Shown here: positions 1 to 11,900 of the stretch, piece after piece
Position numbering within the stretch: position 1 is the first letter of the stretch
Layout: each line of letters begins with the position of its first letter
From: Antedon mediterranea
Lineage: Eukaryota; Animalia; Echinodermata
Length of the DNA: 64,000 nt
Direction: 5' to 3'
NCBI RefSeq assembly: GCF_964355755.1
Contig: NC_092672.1
Location: 28,650,437-28,714,436, forward strand
Program-made: the position numbers and the translations under genes
The notes under the pieces: model-generated
Databases searched by the model: none
What the model saw: only the letters and a program-made list of their open reading frames with translations
Told to the model about the DNA's origin: nothing

Positions 1-539
1 CTGATTGGCTAAAAGTTTTAATAGTTTGGCAGAGGAAATAACATTCATGTTATGGAATACCGTAAACCCTTGAAAAGGTGATATAAGTATGAGCTTCTTT
101 TCAAGATCAACTGTAATTGAATGTCAAATGAATAGTATGATGATCGTGTTTATATCAATATATTATTAATGACCTTACAATGAACCCTTTATATTCAACA
201 ATTAAGCCTCAGTTATTCTACAATGTATTGTTTTCCAAGTGGCTATAGGCCTACTTTGATTGCAACTTTTTTTTTTTTGTATGCTTCCTCGGTTAATATG
301 TACAATTGGTAGCGAATATTTAAACAATCATTTTAGTAGAAATTCACACAATCTACAGCATTTATTTCGAAAAGAGGCCCTCTCTTCAAATTGCAAAAAG
401 CAATCTCTTTAAAAAGCCCAAGAGTCCTAAAAACGAAAGAAGATTCTGATTCCACAATGTCTTACTCTGAATGAGAATACCGCATGGAGGAGGAGCATCC
501 TATGTTCAACATTATACCTCTGAGGATGAAGCTATAACA

Positions 540-2475
540 CTACAGTCTTCAGTTTGTCGATTGCAAGAGAAAATTTTGAACTTAACTTAACTGCATGCCA
601 TAGCACCATGGATGTTTGCCTTCGAGCATTACAATGTTCAATCTTGCACAGTATTGCATTGTATCACAATTAAATGCCAAAATATAGGGTGTAGGTGGAG
701 CTACATTGAAATAACAGAGGATAAATTAGTTTACAAATGTGGTATGGCTGGTACTGAAGTAGCGAGAAATTAACATCCGAGTCTGAATTACCTATAGGTG
801 ACTGTGAGTCAAAAGACACAACAACAAAGATGGTTGCCACATTAGACTACTTCGGAAATCCATTGAAGATGCAGTACAACATTGAAACAGTCAGCACCTC
901 ATCAAATAATTTATAGAATAGAGGAGCGGTAAAACTCAGTTTAAAGGTTTTGTGACTACTCGTATCCAAATAATGCTTAGTGATGCAATACCAAAGAACA
1001 AAATAGTACCATTTATATTACTTAAAATCAAACAAAACTAAAAACAAAGCTAAAGCGTGATGTTGGAATGTTTTTAAGATTGTATATATAGCATCTCATC
1101 ATGTAGAGGGTGAACTGAAGATATTCTTTGCGCATGAGAATGACAAGATACTCTCTTCTTTGTTTCTGGATGGTCTTACACCCCCTTCTTTGTCTGTGGA
1201 TGGTCTTACACCCTTTTCTTTGTCTGTGGATGGTCTTACACCCCCCGTATTTGTCTGTAGATGCTTTTTTACCCCCTTCTTTTTCTGTGGATGGTCTTAC
1301 ATCCCCTTCTTTGTCTGTAGATGCTTTTATACCCTCTTCTTTGTCTGTGGATGGTCTTACACCACCTTCTTTGTCTGTGGATGGTCTTAATCCCCCTTCT
1401 TTGTCTGTGAATGGTCTTACACCCCTTCTTTGTCTGTGGATGGTCTTACACCCCGTTGTTTGTCTGTGGATGGTCTTACATCCCCTTCTTTGTCCGTAGA
1501 TGCTCTTATGCCCTCTTCTTTGTCTGTGGACGGTCTTATACCCCATTCTTTGTCTGTAGATTGTCTTACACTCCCTTTTTTTTATCTGTGAATGGTCTTA
1601 TACCTCCTTCTTTGTCTGTGGATGGTCTTACACCCCTTTCCTTGTCTATGGATGGTCTTACACCCGATCTTTGTCTGTGGATGGTCCACCATAAGTTAAA
1701 TATTCAATTCATGGACCAACTACTTTGATTGATTAGATCAGACATATGATTAGGAGACCAAGACCTTCAAAGTGAAAGTCCACAGGTGGATGCCTAAAAT
1801 GATCTTGTACAGAACAGACAGAAAATATCTTTACGAATTGATTTGGTTTCGATTTTGCTGAAAAATCAATGACAAACAGATGCTGAAAAACGAGGAAAAG
1901 AATTCATCTGAAAGGTTTACAGCAATGGCCCATTAACATAAAATTGGAGTACATATTTTTAGATGCAACGAAAATGAACACAAATTATCTGAGTTTCTGA
2001 CTCATGAAAGTAAGGCTACTGCACAAATGCAGGATAAGTTTGTAGTAAGTACTTTGAAAGACGGTGTTCTCTCAACTCATGAAAATTAGAACTTCCCGAC
2101 CTTGTCTCATATGCAACATTAAAGAGGCCAACGAAAGAATGCTACTTTAATGTACATAAAAAATATTTCCAATTGACCTCTAATAATTGACACATCATAG
2201 TTAAGCAAACAAATCGGCATAGATGAGCTCAAAATGTAAAAGTTATATTATTTATGTACGAAAGAATTATTTATACACATACTTTGATGGAGACTGTTAA
2301 TAAACACGTGCAGAAGCTATTACATTTACAAGATGGGGATGGAAAAAGAAAGTTGATGGCAATGAATTTGTTCCCCACTTATCATCTTTCAGAAGTGTCA
2401 AATGGTCGAGAGCTCCAAGTGTGGATGGAAGATTCTGTTCTGTACATCATTAGTTCCTATGTGAATGTATGCTGA
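540..2475 (+). pseudogene. Frameshifted Academ-type transposase/XPG-like nuclease/Cys-rich finger relic
   Basis: Ordered motifs despite stops and frameshifts: PWMFAFEHYN (606-635), QLNAKI*GVGGA, MAGTEVAR (744-767), LKRDVGMFLRLYI (1050-), FFAHEN (1124-1141), PPSLSxxG, RIDLV (1834-), NENEHKLSEFL (1967-1999), CNIKEA (2112-2129; cf. CNHEEAD), WGW (2334-2342), KCG and terminal Cys residues. Confidence 0.75.
1156..1687. repeat. Minisatellite, ~18 copies of a 29-30-nt unit TCTTTGTCTGTGGATGGTCTTACACCCCCT
   Basis: Directly visible tandem array; produces the repetitive ORFs 1028..1546, 1128..1499, 1160..1390, 1411..1728. Confidence 0.97.
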
Positions 2476-2785
2476 TTTTAAAAACTAAGATTGCTGTTTC
2501 TCAGTGATCTGTTATATTTTACGCCTATCCTATCAGATCAAAAGTAAAACAATCAGAATAATAATTCCTGGTCATTTTTGCATTGTCTCATTTATTTCGG
2601 TAAAAGAATTAAATGCATTTATACCAGTGTAACCCACATACAGTAGGTTCACTTATTTATATACGTCAAAGGTCATAAATTGTATTTCTAGTCATTTTAT
2701 GTGAAAATATTTCATTACTACAAATATAAATGTTTCTATTCTGAACAAAATGACACCAAAATCGATTGAAAATGATCGGTAGTTA

Positions 2786-5055
2786 TTCATTTCATTTCAT
2801 TTATTTATTTCACTTTACAAATATATAAATATAAAGTGGAGGAGCCTAAAAGAAAGCAAAGCTTGTGGTGAATAGGCTCCTCAAAACAAAACAAATAAAA
2901 TATAAATAATATAACACAATTAGAAACTCCAAAAAAACAACAATTAAACTAATATCTTTTCTCTAACACATAAGTTTAACATGTTTAAAACTAAAAAAAC
3001 AAGTAAAAAATAGATTATATAAATTATTTAAGAAATATCAAATATATCAATAATAAAAGAATTTATAAAGAACCTTCAACCAATAATAGTTTAAATTGAC
3101 GTTTAAATAAAGCACAGTTATGAGATTTTTTAAGAGATAAAGAAAGAGAATTCCAGAGTTTAGGTCCAGTATATACAAGGGTATTCATTTTAAGTCTAGT
3201 TCGAGTAAATGGCAGGTGATACTGATCTTTTTGTCTTGTTTGGTGAGTGTGGTATTGTTTATTTTGAGTGAATTTACTGGATATTATAGGTGGTAAGTGT
3301 TCGGCGGTTAATTGAAACATGATGACACCAACATTAAATATATAGAGATCCTCAATTTTTAATATTTTATTTTTTTAAAAGAGATCTTGGGTGTGAGCCC
3401 CTGAGATAATTCTGACAGCTCGTTTCTGGATTAATAACATTTTAGTAATAATTGATTTTGAAGCATTTCCCCAAGCAAGAACACCATAATTTAAGTACGA
3501 TAAAATAAGAGTAGAATATAAAATATTTAATACTTTTTGAGGAAATATTGATTTCAATTTATACATCATCAGTGGGACAGCCAGTCGACAAATCGTGTCA
3601 AATTTCGACTCGGAGAGGGCGCCCTACTTTTCTAATTTAGTTCAAAATTGCTAAATTTTAGGGTGTTGGAAAAACACAATATTTGTAAATTTAGCTGATT
3701 ATTGGAAAAATATTGTTAGTGAAATAAATTCATAAATGGTTTTAATATATTGTCATGTAAAATTAAATGTATTTGAACAAAATTCATCTAAATCCTCTGC
3801 AACATACATATATATTTGTAATTCAACATTTTGTTTTAAATAATTAAATTATAGTTTGGGTATGACAATGTCGGTAGGTACCGGTGTCATCTTTTTATCC
3901 ACTTCACTCACAGTTTGAAGTCACAAAGACAAAGAACTCTGCATCATCAACGATTCCTGAAAGTGTCAGAAAAAATAATAAATATTATTTAAAAAAAATG
4001 TTAATGTCTGGTTGTATATATAATTATAATATTATATGATGACATAAAAGTAAGGCAAATAGAAGCTGTATTTTATTAATTAAATTACAGTATTTACTAT
4101 TATTATTTATATAATCTAGGCCTACTAGTACTAGTAGCCTGCTAGGCATCTATTGAGCCTAATAAATCAAATAATAAATGAAAAATAAAATAATAATATT
4201 AATACTGATTGAAAAAAAGTATTTTTTTTGCGGGGATCAGATCACCAGGCTAGGCCGGCCAGGACCAATGATACTCGTAATCAGTACAACTTAACGACTA
4301 TCGGATCAGCATCAACACAGTACAACACACGTCTCGCTATCGCCTATACTGACACACGTGTCTCGCGTTGCCGAAACCACGCTCACAGCTAGAAAATGTA
4401 CCTACCTTTCGAGGCCTGAGAATACACCGACAAATTTTGAACAGGATAGAAATATATCATACTCGATTAAACTAATATTATTCTTGATAAAACAATTGAT
4501 TATAATTTTTTTAATTTGTTGGGATGCACCTCCGACTGTTCAGAAAATGGACAACAAAACAGTAGTCAAATCGTACCACATTTATAAATTTCACGAGTCC
4601 CGACTTCAGTCGCCGAATGTATTGTATTAGCTTCGGTTTCTTTGAAGGAAACCGATTGGTTATTCAATAATACTTATTAGGAAATGCTTTTACCATAATA
4701 GGTAATGTTGGGCGGTTCTTAAATATTCATGAGAGCTTAAAATAAAACAGCACTTATTTGCTAGGCGACGAAAAATCGTGGTTTCAGTTTTCAACGATAG
4801 GTGGCGCTTCAAAATCGTCAATGCGGAAGTAAGTCGATTTTACACGATTTAACGGTCAAAACGCGAAGTGGCTTTCCCACTGTCATGCCAACATTTTTTG
4901 ATAATAATTTGCAAAGGTAATTAACATGGGCTTTCCAGTCAAGTCTGTCGTCAATAAATATACCAAGAAATTTTGTGTTGGTTATTTGATTAATAGGAAC
5001 ATTGTTGAAAATAATATCTTTTGGTAACATACTATATTTGTTAAAATCAATCATA
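2786..5055 (-). mobile_element. 5'-truncated non-LTR retrotransposon (CR1/L2-group, Crack/Daphne-like) 3' end, split by a TIR element
   Basis: ORFs 4818..5054 (TKFLGIFIDDRLDWKAHV), 3375..3569 (LYSTLILSYLNYGVLAWG...QKRAVRII) and 3063..3320 (GPKLWNSL) are consecutive post-RT parts of ORF2; 3' UTR hairpin ggagccta...taggctcc (~2841-2880) and (AATGA)n tail at ~2786-2800. Confidence 0.9.
3570..4882. mobile_element. Non-autonomous DNA transposon, 1313 bp, TIR CAGTGGGA(C/A)AGCCA, 4-bp TSD TCAT
   Basis: TCAT at 3566-3569 and 4883-4886; removing the element and one TCAT restores the LINE frame (SKNVGM-MYKLK); subterminal inverted aaatcgtgt..aaat..cgact. Confidence 0.9.
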
Positions 5056-5699
5056 ATAATTATATATGCATAGTAATATTAATATTTAAGATATTTATAA
5101 TACTTTGTGTTAGCATTTTTTTCGAGTAAATAATAAATAGATAAAAAATAATAATAAATAAAATAAGATATATAATAAAATATTTTCTTTCTGACATGTT
5201 TAGGAAAAAAATAAATAGTAGCATGCTCCGCCAATTAAACATTTAATAAATTAAAAGAAAGCAAGATATAAAAATAAGAGGTCAAAGGTCAAACTGGAAG
5301 AAACATCATTTCCGGTCATTTTTGGATTCATTAGAGCAAATAGAAATATGTAGTTTGTGAACAATTTAACACTAGAATCAAGTCTCTACTGTTTATAGTT
5401 GCCAAGAAATTAACATTTTTTTCTTTATGGTGGCCATTTTGAAATCAAGATGGCCGCCATACCGGACGTTAGACACTTGGCACCCTCCGATATCTTGAAT
5501 CTATATACATCAAAGAAAGTTTGTGCCAAGTTTCATGCTTTGGTAATAAAATGCACAACTTGGCAATTTTTATGGCGTTAACTGCTCTATGTCTGCTCAA
5601 ATTCTATTGTTAAAAACGGTGCCGACATTAACTCCAGATATTTATCGATCGATGCAACTTTCTTTTATGTTCTAACAAGTATTAGTAATCACTAAGATC

Positions 5700-5770
5700 G
5701 CCTCACATTGGCCAAACTGACACCATTTTTTTGGCTTGACGTCACAAATCGGTTCTATTTATTACAGTTT
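5700..5770 (+). promoter_or_regulatory. Putative proximal promoter: reverse CCAAT (ATTGG 5707-5711), full CRE palindrome TGACGTCA (5737-5744), TATA-like TATTTAT (~5756)
   Basis: Motifs seen 150-210 nt upstream of the ATG in the expected order; function untested. Confidence 0.4.
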
Positions 5771-5917
5771 CTGGATCCGGAAAAAATCATTTTCCGCGAT
5801 CTACACGGACAAGCATATTTGTGAGAATATGCTTTGTGATTGAGTTGTTTTTTTTTTCAACCTCGACGGTTTTATACTGTTATAGTTCGTTGTTAATAGT
5901 ATTGAATATAACAAGAA

Positions 5918-5978
5918 ATGGCCACAATGCGTGTACATTTATTATTTGTCTTCACCTGTTATGTGCTTTGGGCATTTG
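5918..5978 (+). CDS. PKHD1L1: PKHD1L1-like exon 1, signal peptide MATMRVHLLFVFTCYVLWAFG
   Basis: ATG in gaaATGg context, hydrophobic core, phase-1 GTAAGT donor matching the phase of exon 2 (VASTVTSINPRSGSYEGATRITIYGK). Confidence 0.8.
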
Positions 5979-8900
5979 GTAAGTACTAGACTATTTTAAG
6001 TTATGTTATTTACTTTTATAAAATGGAACATTGTATTTTATTCATGTATGTTATTTAAGTAATGAATTGTTTCCTAACTGAAATAAAAACAATAAAATCA
6101 TCAGTATAGCTCGGAACATAATGCGCGCGTTTTAACATTGATAAAAAAAAATTGTAGTACCTTTCTTGTGGTGTTACTGATTTAAAAAAAAATGTGATAG
6201 TATAAATATAACTTCCCTAAATGTATTGTATTGTTCCTTATTCCTATTTACACAGTTTTACTTATTTTTATCGTACATTTTCTAATATTTTCACGACGTT
6301 CTAATTCGTTTGATAAAACATTGTATTACTGTAATAATATTCCTGTAATATGCTAAAATAATGTAATGATTACCGTAGTTATGTTATTGCATTAGAGTCT
6401 ATAAGATAATGATAAAGGTATTGTAATATATTACCGTATAGTAACATTACTGCAATGCAATATTACTGTAATAATGTTTCTGTAATGTAATTATTACCGT
6501 AGTAATGTTACTGTAATAAACGCAGTAGTAATATTACGGTAAATATATTACCGCGGTAATAATAATATTACTGTGATAAACCACCGTATTTAACACATTG
6601 CCTCATATTTTTGGTGAAATTAGAATATTAAAAAAAAGTGATGCTAAATGTGTTAATTAAATTAGAATAGCAAGATAGAAAACCGACCCCAAGGAAATTA
6701 CAATTGAAACTAGGGTGGAAGAATAAACTGTACACACATAAACGTACTATAACTGACAAAGCGGTTGGTAGGAAGCAGGAAAGAGTTAAATTTCAGAAGT
6801 GAGCACCAATAATGTAGAAGGGTAGGCCTACATGTAAAGGTCCATTTAAAACAATACAACATCGGTAATATGATTACAATGTTGCCCGTTTTTTCCCACC
6901 GTCTAGCTACATGCATAGTAGGCCTATTTATTGTATTTATGTGACATATAAGAGAAGTACTGTAGGACTGTAAATACATTGTCGTTTTCAGAAACGAATA
7001 AATAGACACGATGATTAATTTAGTCAACTAAAATTAGCCCCATGGGAATTAGGCCTACTTCCGTAAGGAGAAACTTGTCTTTAAAATGAGTCAAAATTTT
7101 GTATTTGAACTCATTTAAACAAACCCAATTTGTGTTTTGTATATAACATTTAGAGTTAAGGGATGGGGAAGCGGATGGGAAGAACAATTTTTAAATATAT
7201 TCTTAATCCACTCAGTAACGAAATATTGTTTTAAATGTTTTATATGCCTATCAATAATATACCACTAAACACAGTAAAACATTTACGATTTAATACTTTT
7301 TTAAACTATCCCTGTTATATTCGATTGAAATAGTAAAGTACATGTAACGATACACCACTACAACGTTTATATTTTTTATAATTATTAATGAATACAAACT
7401 TTGAGAAGCAACTGTCAGTAAAAAAGTTTTTATTTGTATGTTATGTTTTTATATATCTAGTAGTAGAGCCTACCCACAGTCACAGAATGTTCTTTGTATA
7501 TGTGTTTATATATCTAACAGTAACCACATTCACAGTAAGACAATTTTGATTCAAATGGTGACCAAAAATGGTTAATACGTATTTACAATATTGTCAAAGT
7601 ATTGCAATACTATATCTCAGTTTTAAGTTTATTCTCCAAGGGCCCATTAATTTACGTACGTGTTAAACCAAGGACTCATAAATGTACCTACAAACTGGGA
7701 GTCTGAGAGATTTGTATAAACGTATATTAAATCTATCAAAATAGTATTTTTTTTTAAGAAATCGGCCTGTCTTCAACATTATGATACTGTACTCGAGCTG
7801 TTCAACCGGTTTTCAGCTATTAAAAACAATTATCGTAGGAGGAGATAGGAAAATGCGAAGCAAGGTATTTTTCAAGAGGACATCCATTAAACAGTGTATA
7901 ACACGATCGGAAAACATCCCTATTTGGGGCAAATCGTTGAACCTAAATTCGTTTTAATGGTCAATAACTAATTATCTAAATCAATTTAATTAGTAAACGG
8001 GATTACATCAGGTGGATAAAATCAGTACCGAGATTCTAGCTAACTTTATATACCATCGAGTAAACATTCTAGAAATAACGCGCAATTTACCGAATTTTGA
8101 CCTTACGTAAATTCATATATAGATAATATTCAAATTTACTTTTAAAAAGTAGCCTACTTCTAACATTTCTACAAAAAACACAATTGTCATAGTCCTAAAA
8201 AATATTACACAATTATCATTCAGATAAAATCAAATAAAGATATCAGAAATAGTAAGTGTACCAACCTTATAATAATGATGAATTCCTTTTTATTCATTTT
8301 GTCAACTCACTATTTTTGATATCATTCAACGTTTATGAATAAGAACATAATCACCAACTGGTCGTATTGTTCTCTTGACACTATACTAACTTGTCTTTAT
8401 TATTCTTTTCTTTTTGTTTGTGCTGGTTGCCATATAAACTTAGCATTTGTTATTGTACCACCATGGCAACATGAATTGGTAATAAATCCCGTACTTCCTT
8501 ATTGCGCAAGTTGAAAAAAGAACGTTTACCCCATTTTTGTTGTTGTGTTGTGTTTTTAAGATGCTGTCAGGGGTACCGTGCAAATAATGGTACATTTTTA
8601 AAGCAATAGCCAATCAGAAAGCAGCAGAACATGTTTGTCATTTTAGGAGGAACACGTAAAGTATAGATGCCCATAGGAGATTTTGAAACCAATAAAAAGA
8701 AAAGACCCGAAATTTCATATTTTTTTATTTTTTTTTATTTTACAAGAATCTGTTGCAATTTTCCAATTAATTACCGGTAGGCCTACACATTTACAATTAC
8801 AATACATAAAAATAGTTTTCCTGTAATATTTGGTGAATCGGTACAAGATTTATCAACCCATGTAATATTTAAATGCATTTTCTTGTTTCTGGGAAAGACA

Positions 8901-11900
8901 TGCTTAAAAGAAAAATAAGTAGCTTCAAATATTGACCATTTTAAAGATTACATTATTGTACAACATTAGCCGAGGAAGAATAGAATTTACGGTTATCTTC
9001 GTTTCAGTATGCTATGTTTTGCCCCAACTCACTGTAGAGTGGTAAAAGATATATAAACATAGCATTTGTTATTGTACCACCATGGCAACATGAAATGGTA
9101 ATAAATCCCGTACTTCCTTATTGTGCAAGTTGAAAAAAGAACGTTTACCCCATTTTTGTTGTTGTGTTGTGTTTTTAAGATGCTGTCAGGGGTACCATGC
9201 AAACAATGGTACATTTTTAGAGCAATAGATTTATCAACCCATGTAATATTTAAATGAATTTTCTTGTTCTGGGAAAGACATGCTTAAAAGAAAAATAAGT
9301 AGCTTCAAATATTGACCATTTTAAATATTACATTATTGTACAACATTAGCCGAGGAAGAATAGAATTTACGGTTATCTTCGTTTCAGTATGCTATGTTTT
9401 GCCCCAACTCATTGTAGAGTGGTAAAAGAAGTAGAAACTGAAAAAGTGGCCACGTTTCAAAATCATATTTAAAAAAAATTCAATTCAATTGTGTAGGCCA
9501 AATGAATTGCCAAATGAAATTAAAATTAACACTGACTATACGACGGAAGCACTAATCTGGCACCACGCAATCTCTGAACGCAACATGTGATGATGTCAGC
9601 AATCCTTTTGAAACCTTATTCCGCAATATGAATCCTAGAATAAAATGTGTTTTGTTTTATTTGTTCTGTTTTACCACAAACAATAAAACATAATAATGAA
9701 TTGAGAATCAAACAAACAAGGAGAGTATTTTCATGAGGTTAAATGGAATGTTATAGACCTAATAGAGGCAGAATCAGGTTTTTTAAAAATGAAAAGGTTC
9801 TCCTTATTCAACAAATACAACATATCTAATGTTCTAATTTAAACTTATATTATTCCGCTTCCATTTAATTCAAATTCCAAAACATCTGACCAGTGATAGG
9901 CCTATGAAATACAATTTCATCGTGCAATAGATAGTATACTCGACAGCACGTGATACAGAATTTACCAATCGAATAGCAAGGATATACTGAGGTGTGGTAT
10001 AATGCATTTACATCTTGTTATGTTATACAGATACAGATACAGATCTTTTATTGTCATACAAACCAAAATAGTACAGTATGAAATGTTGTCTTCTTGTTGC
10101 GAAAAAGAATACACTTAATCAGAAAACACTTGCAAAATACCAAACATTTTATCGACAATGACAATTCTAATTATCTTATCTAGGTTTATTTTTTATTGAA
10201 TACACTGACTGCTGAAGGTAGAAAGGAATTCCTAAATCCAGTTGTTTTAATACGCATCATTATTAATCTACCAGACTTATTAACTATAAACTATGCGTAT
10301 CATCAGCGATAATAGATTTAACTTTCTTATTTACAAGATCATTGTGCACATGTTTTCTATGAGCACACGCGCTACTTAAAAAAGTTCAGTCAAAGTTTAC
10401 CACCAAAAATATCGATTACCAGACCCCCCCCCCCCCTTAGGTGCTGTTATGTAACATCGACCCGTTAGCCACTTTGTTGACTTATTGATTTGTATTGTTT
10501 AGATCCGACTACTACCTGGTATAAAAATAAGATTGACTAAGTATTGATTGTTTGAAAATAAACTAAACGTCAAATATTGTTTCACATTGTCAGCTTTTGT
10601 TTTAATAGCCTAGCTTATAGACAAAATCGAATAGCAATTCTTTGTTTTCGTTAATCTGTTTGAACGTTAGAAAAACAATTTTAATTTTTGGAGATCGTAT
10701 GGAAGAATAATTTTTTTATAATTCAAGAGAACGCGAGCAAATTGCGTGCGAAGCCTCAATCAAACCGATTTGCTCATCGTTTAATCAAAGTAACACCAAA
10801 CACAATTTTTTACAGAGCAACAATACCATTTGACTTTGTTACTCTTATAACCAAACATGTTTCTTCGCATGTCAGGTGCACGTAGCATTGTATTCTTTTT
10901 AAAAATAAATATATTGTGTATTTTGTTACTTACAAAATAAGATAACATATAGATGTTTTTTATTTAAAGAAATACACGTTACGAATATAAAACACATTAT
11001 TATCCCTAGCCTCGTTCCGTTCATATCCACCAAAATAAGGATTTAAAGATGTCCAAAGTATGAATTCCACTGTAACACTAACTCTCATCAATATTGATTG
11101 CTTAATTTTTTTTATACATTATTAGGAGTTGCGTCAACAGTTACGAGTATAAATCCAAGGAGTGGTAGTTATGAAGGTGCAACACGCATAACTATATATG
11201 GAAAAGGTAATGATTAGGCCTATGTATGTCTATTCAAACTTTAAAATATCAAATACAAATTAAATAACCTAAATAAAACAAAATTAAATATAAAACTAGA
11301 ATTTAATTCGTCACAAATTATAGGTGATCATTTTTATAATTTTAATGAAATTAAAAAATTTTAAACATGCATGTTCGTTAAAGAATTATTGTCCCCCTGA
11401 AAACATTTTTTTTTTAAATATTTTTGTTGAATAGGCCATTTTAATTGCACATAAAAGTTATTCACTTTGAACTGAAATTGGATCGAAAAAAAAAATGTTT
11501 TACTCGAGAAAATCGTAATTTAAAGCAAAAATTAACCAACCGGAAGCTATTTGTCTGGAAGACAAACGTGTTCCGGTTTAATTTAACCCTTGACCTGAGT
11601 TAGCTCATAAATATTCATATTGTATGGATACATCTTGTGGATGATGGTTCTCTCAACAAACAGCCAACAACGCGACGATAGCAATGCATAGAGAGAGTCG
11701 AGTAGTGACGCGAGACGATCTTGAAGAAAACACGAAAACTATAGCTAGCAGAATACTAAGTAGAACTGCAGTTGGTAACTTTGATGTTGAATCTTATTCA
11801 TTTAGGTGAGTTTTTGTTTCGCTAGCAGGAGAGGCCTAGCTAGGCCTAGGCCCTAGGCCCGAGTTTTCTGCTACTGTATACTAGTCTACTACATACTAGT

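Larger units (their letters stand above)
1..5589 (+). mobile_element. Degenerate Academ-like DNA transposon (left end outside window), with nested insertions
   Basis: Transposase relic at ~540-2475; right end ...gccaagtttcatgctttggtaataaaatgcacaac...ttaactgctCTA (5589), i.e. a TAG terminus on the other strand as in Academ elements. Confidence 0.7.

Noticed and set aside
1028-1728. Repetitive ORFs on both strands (CKTIHRQRRG, LCLWMVLHP, PPSLSVDGLT repeats) as novel repeat proteins
   Set aside because: They are by-products of a 29-30-nt minisatellite that lacks stops in several frames.
3570-4882. RAG/Transib transposon with RSS-like heptamer
   Set aside because: Termini are CAGTGGG, not CACAGTG/CACWRTG; TSD is 4 bp rather than 5; no nonamer or RAG-like coding sequence seen.
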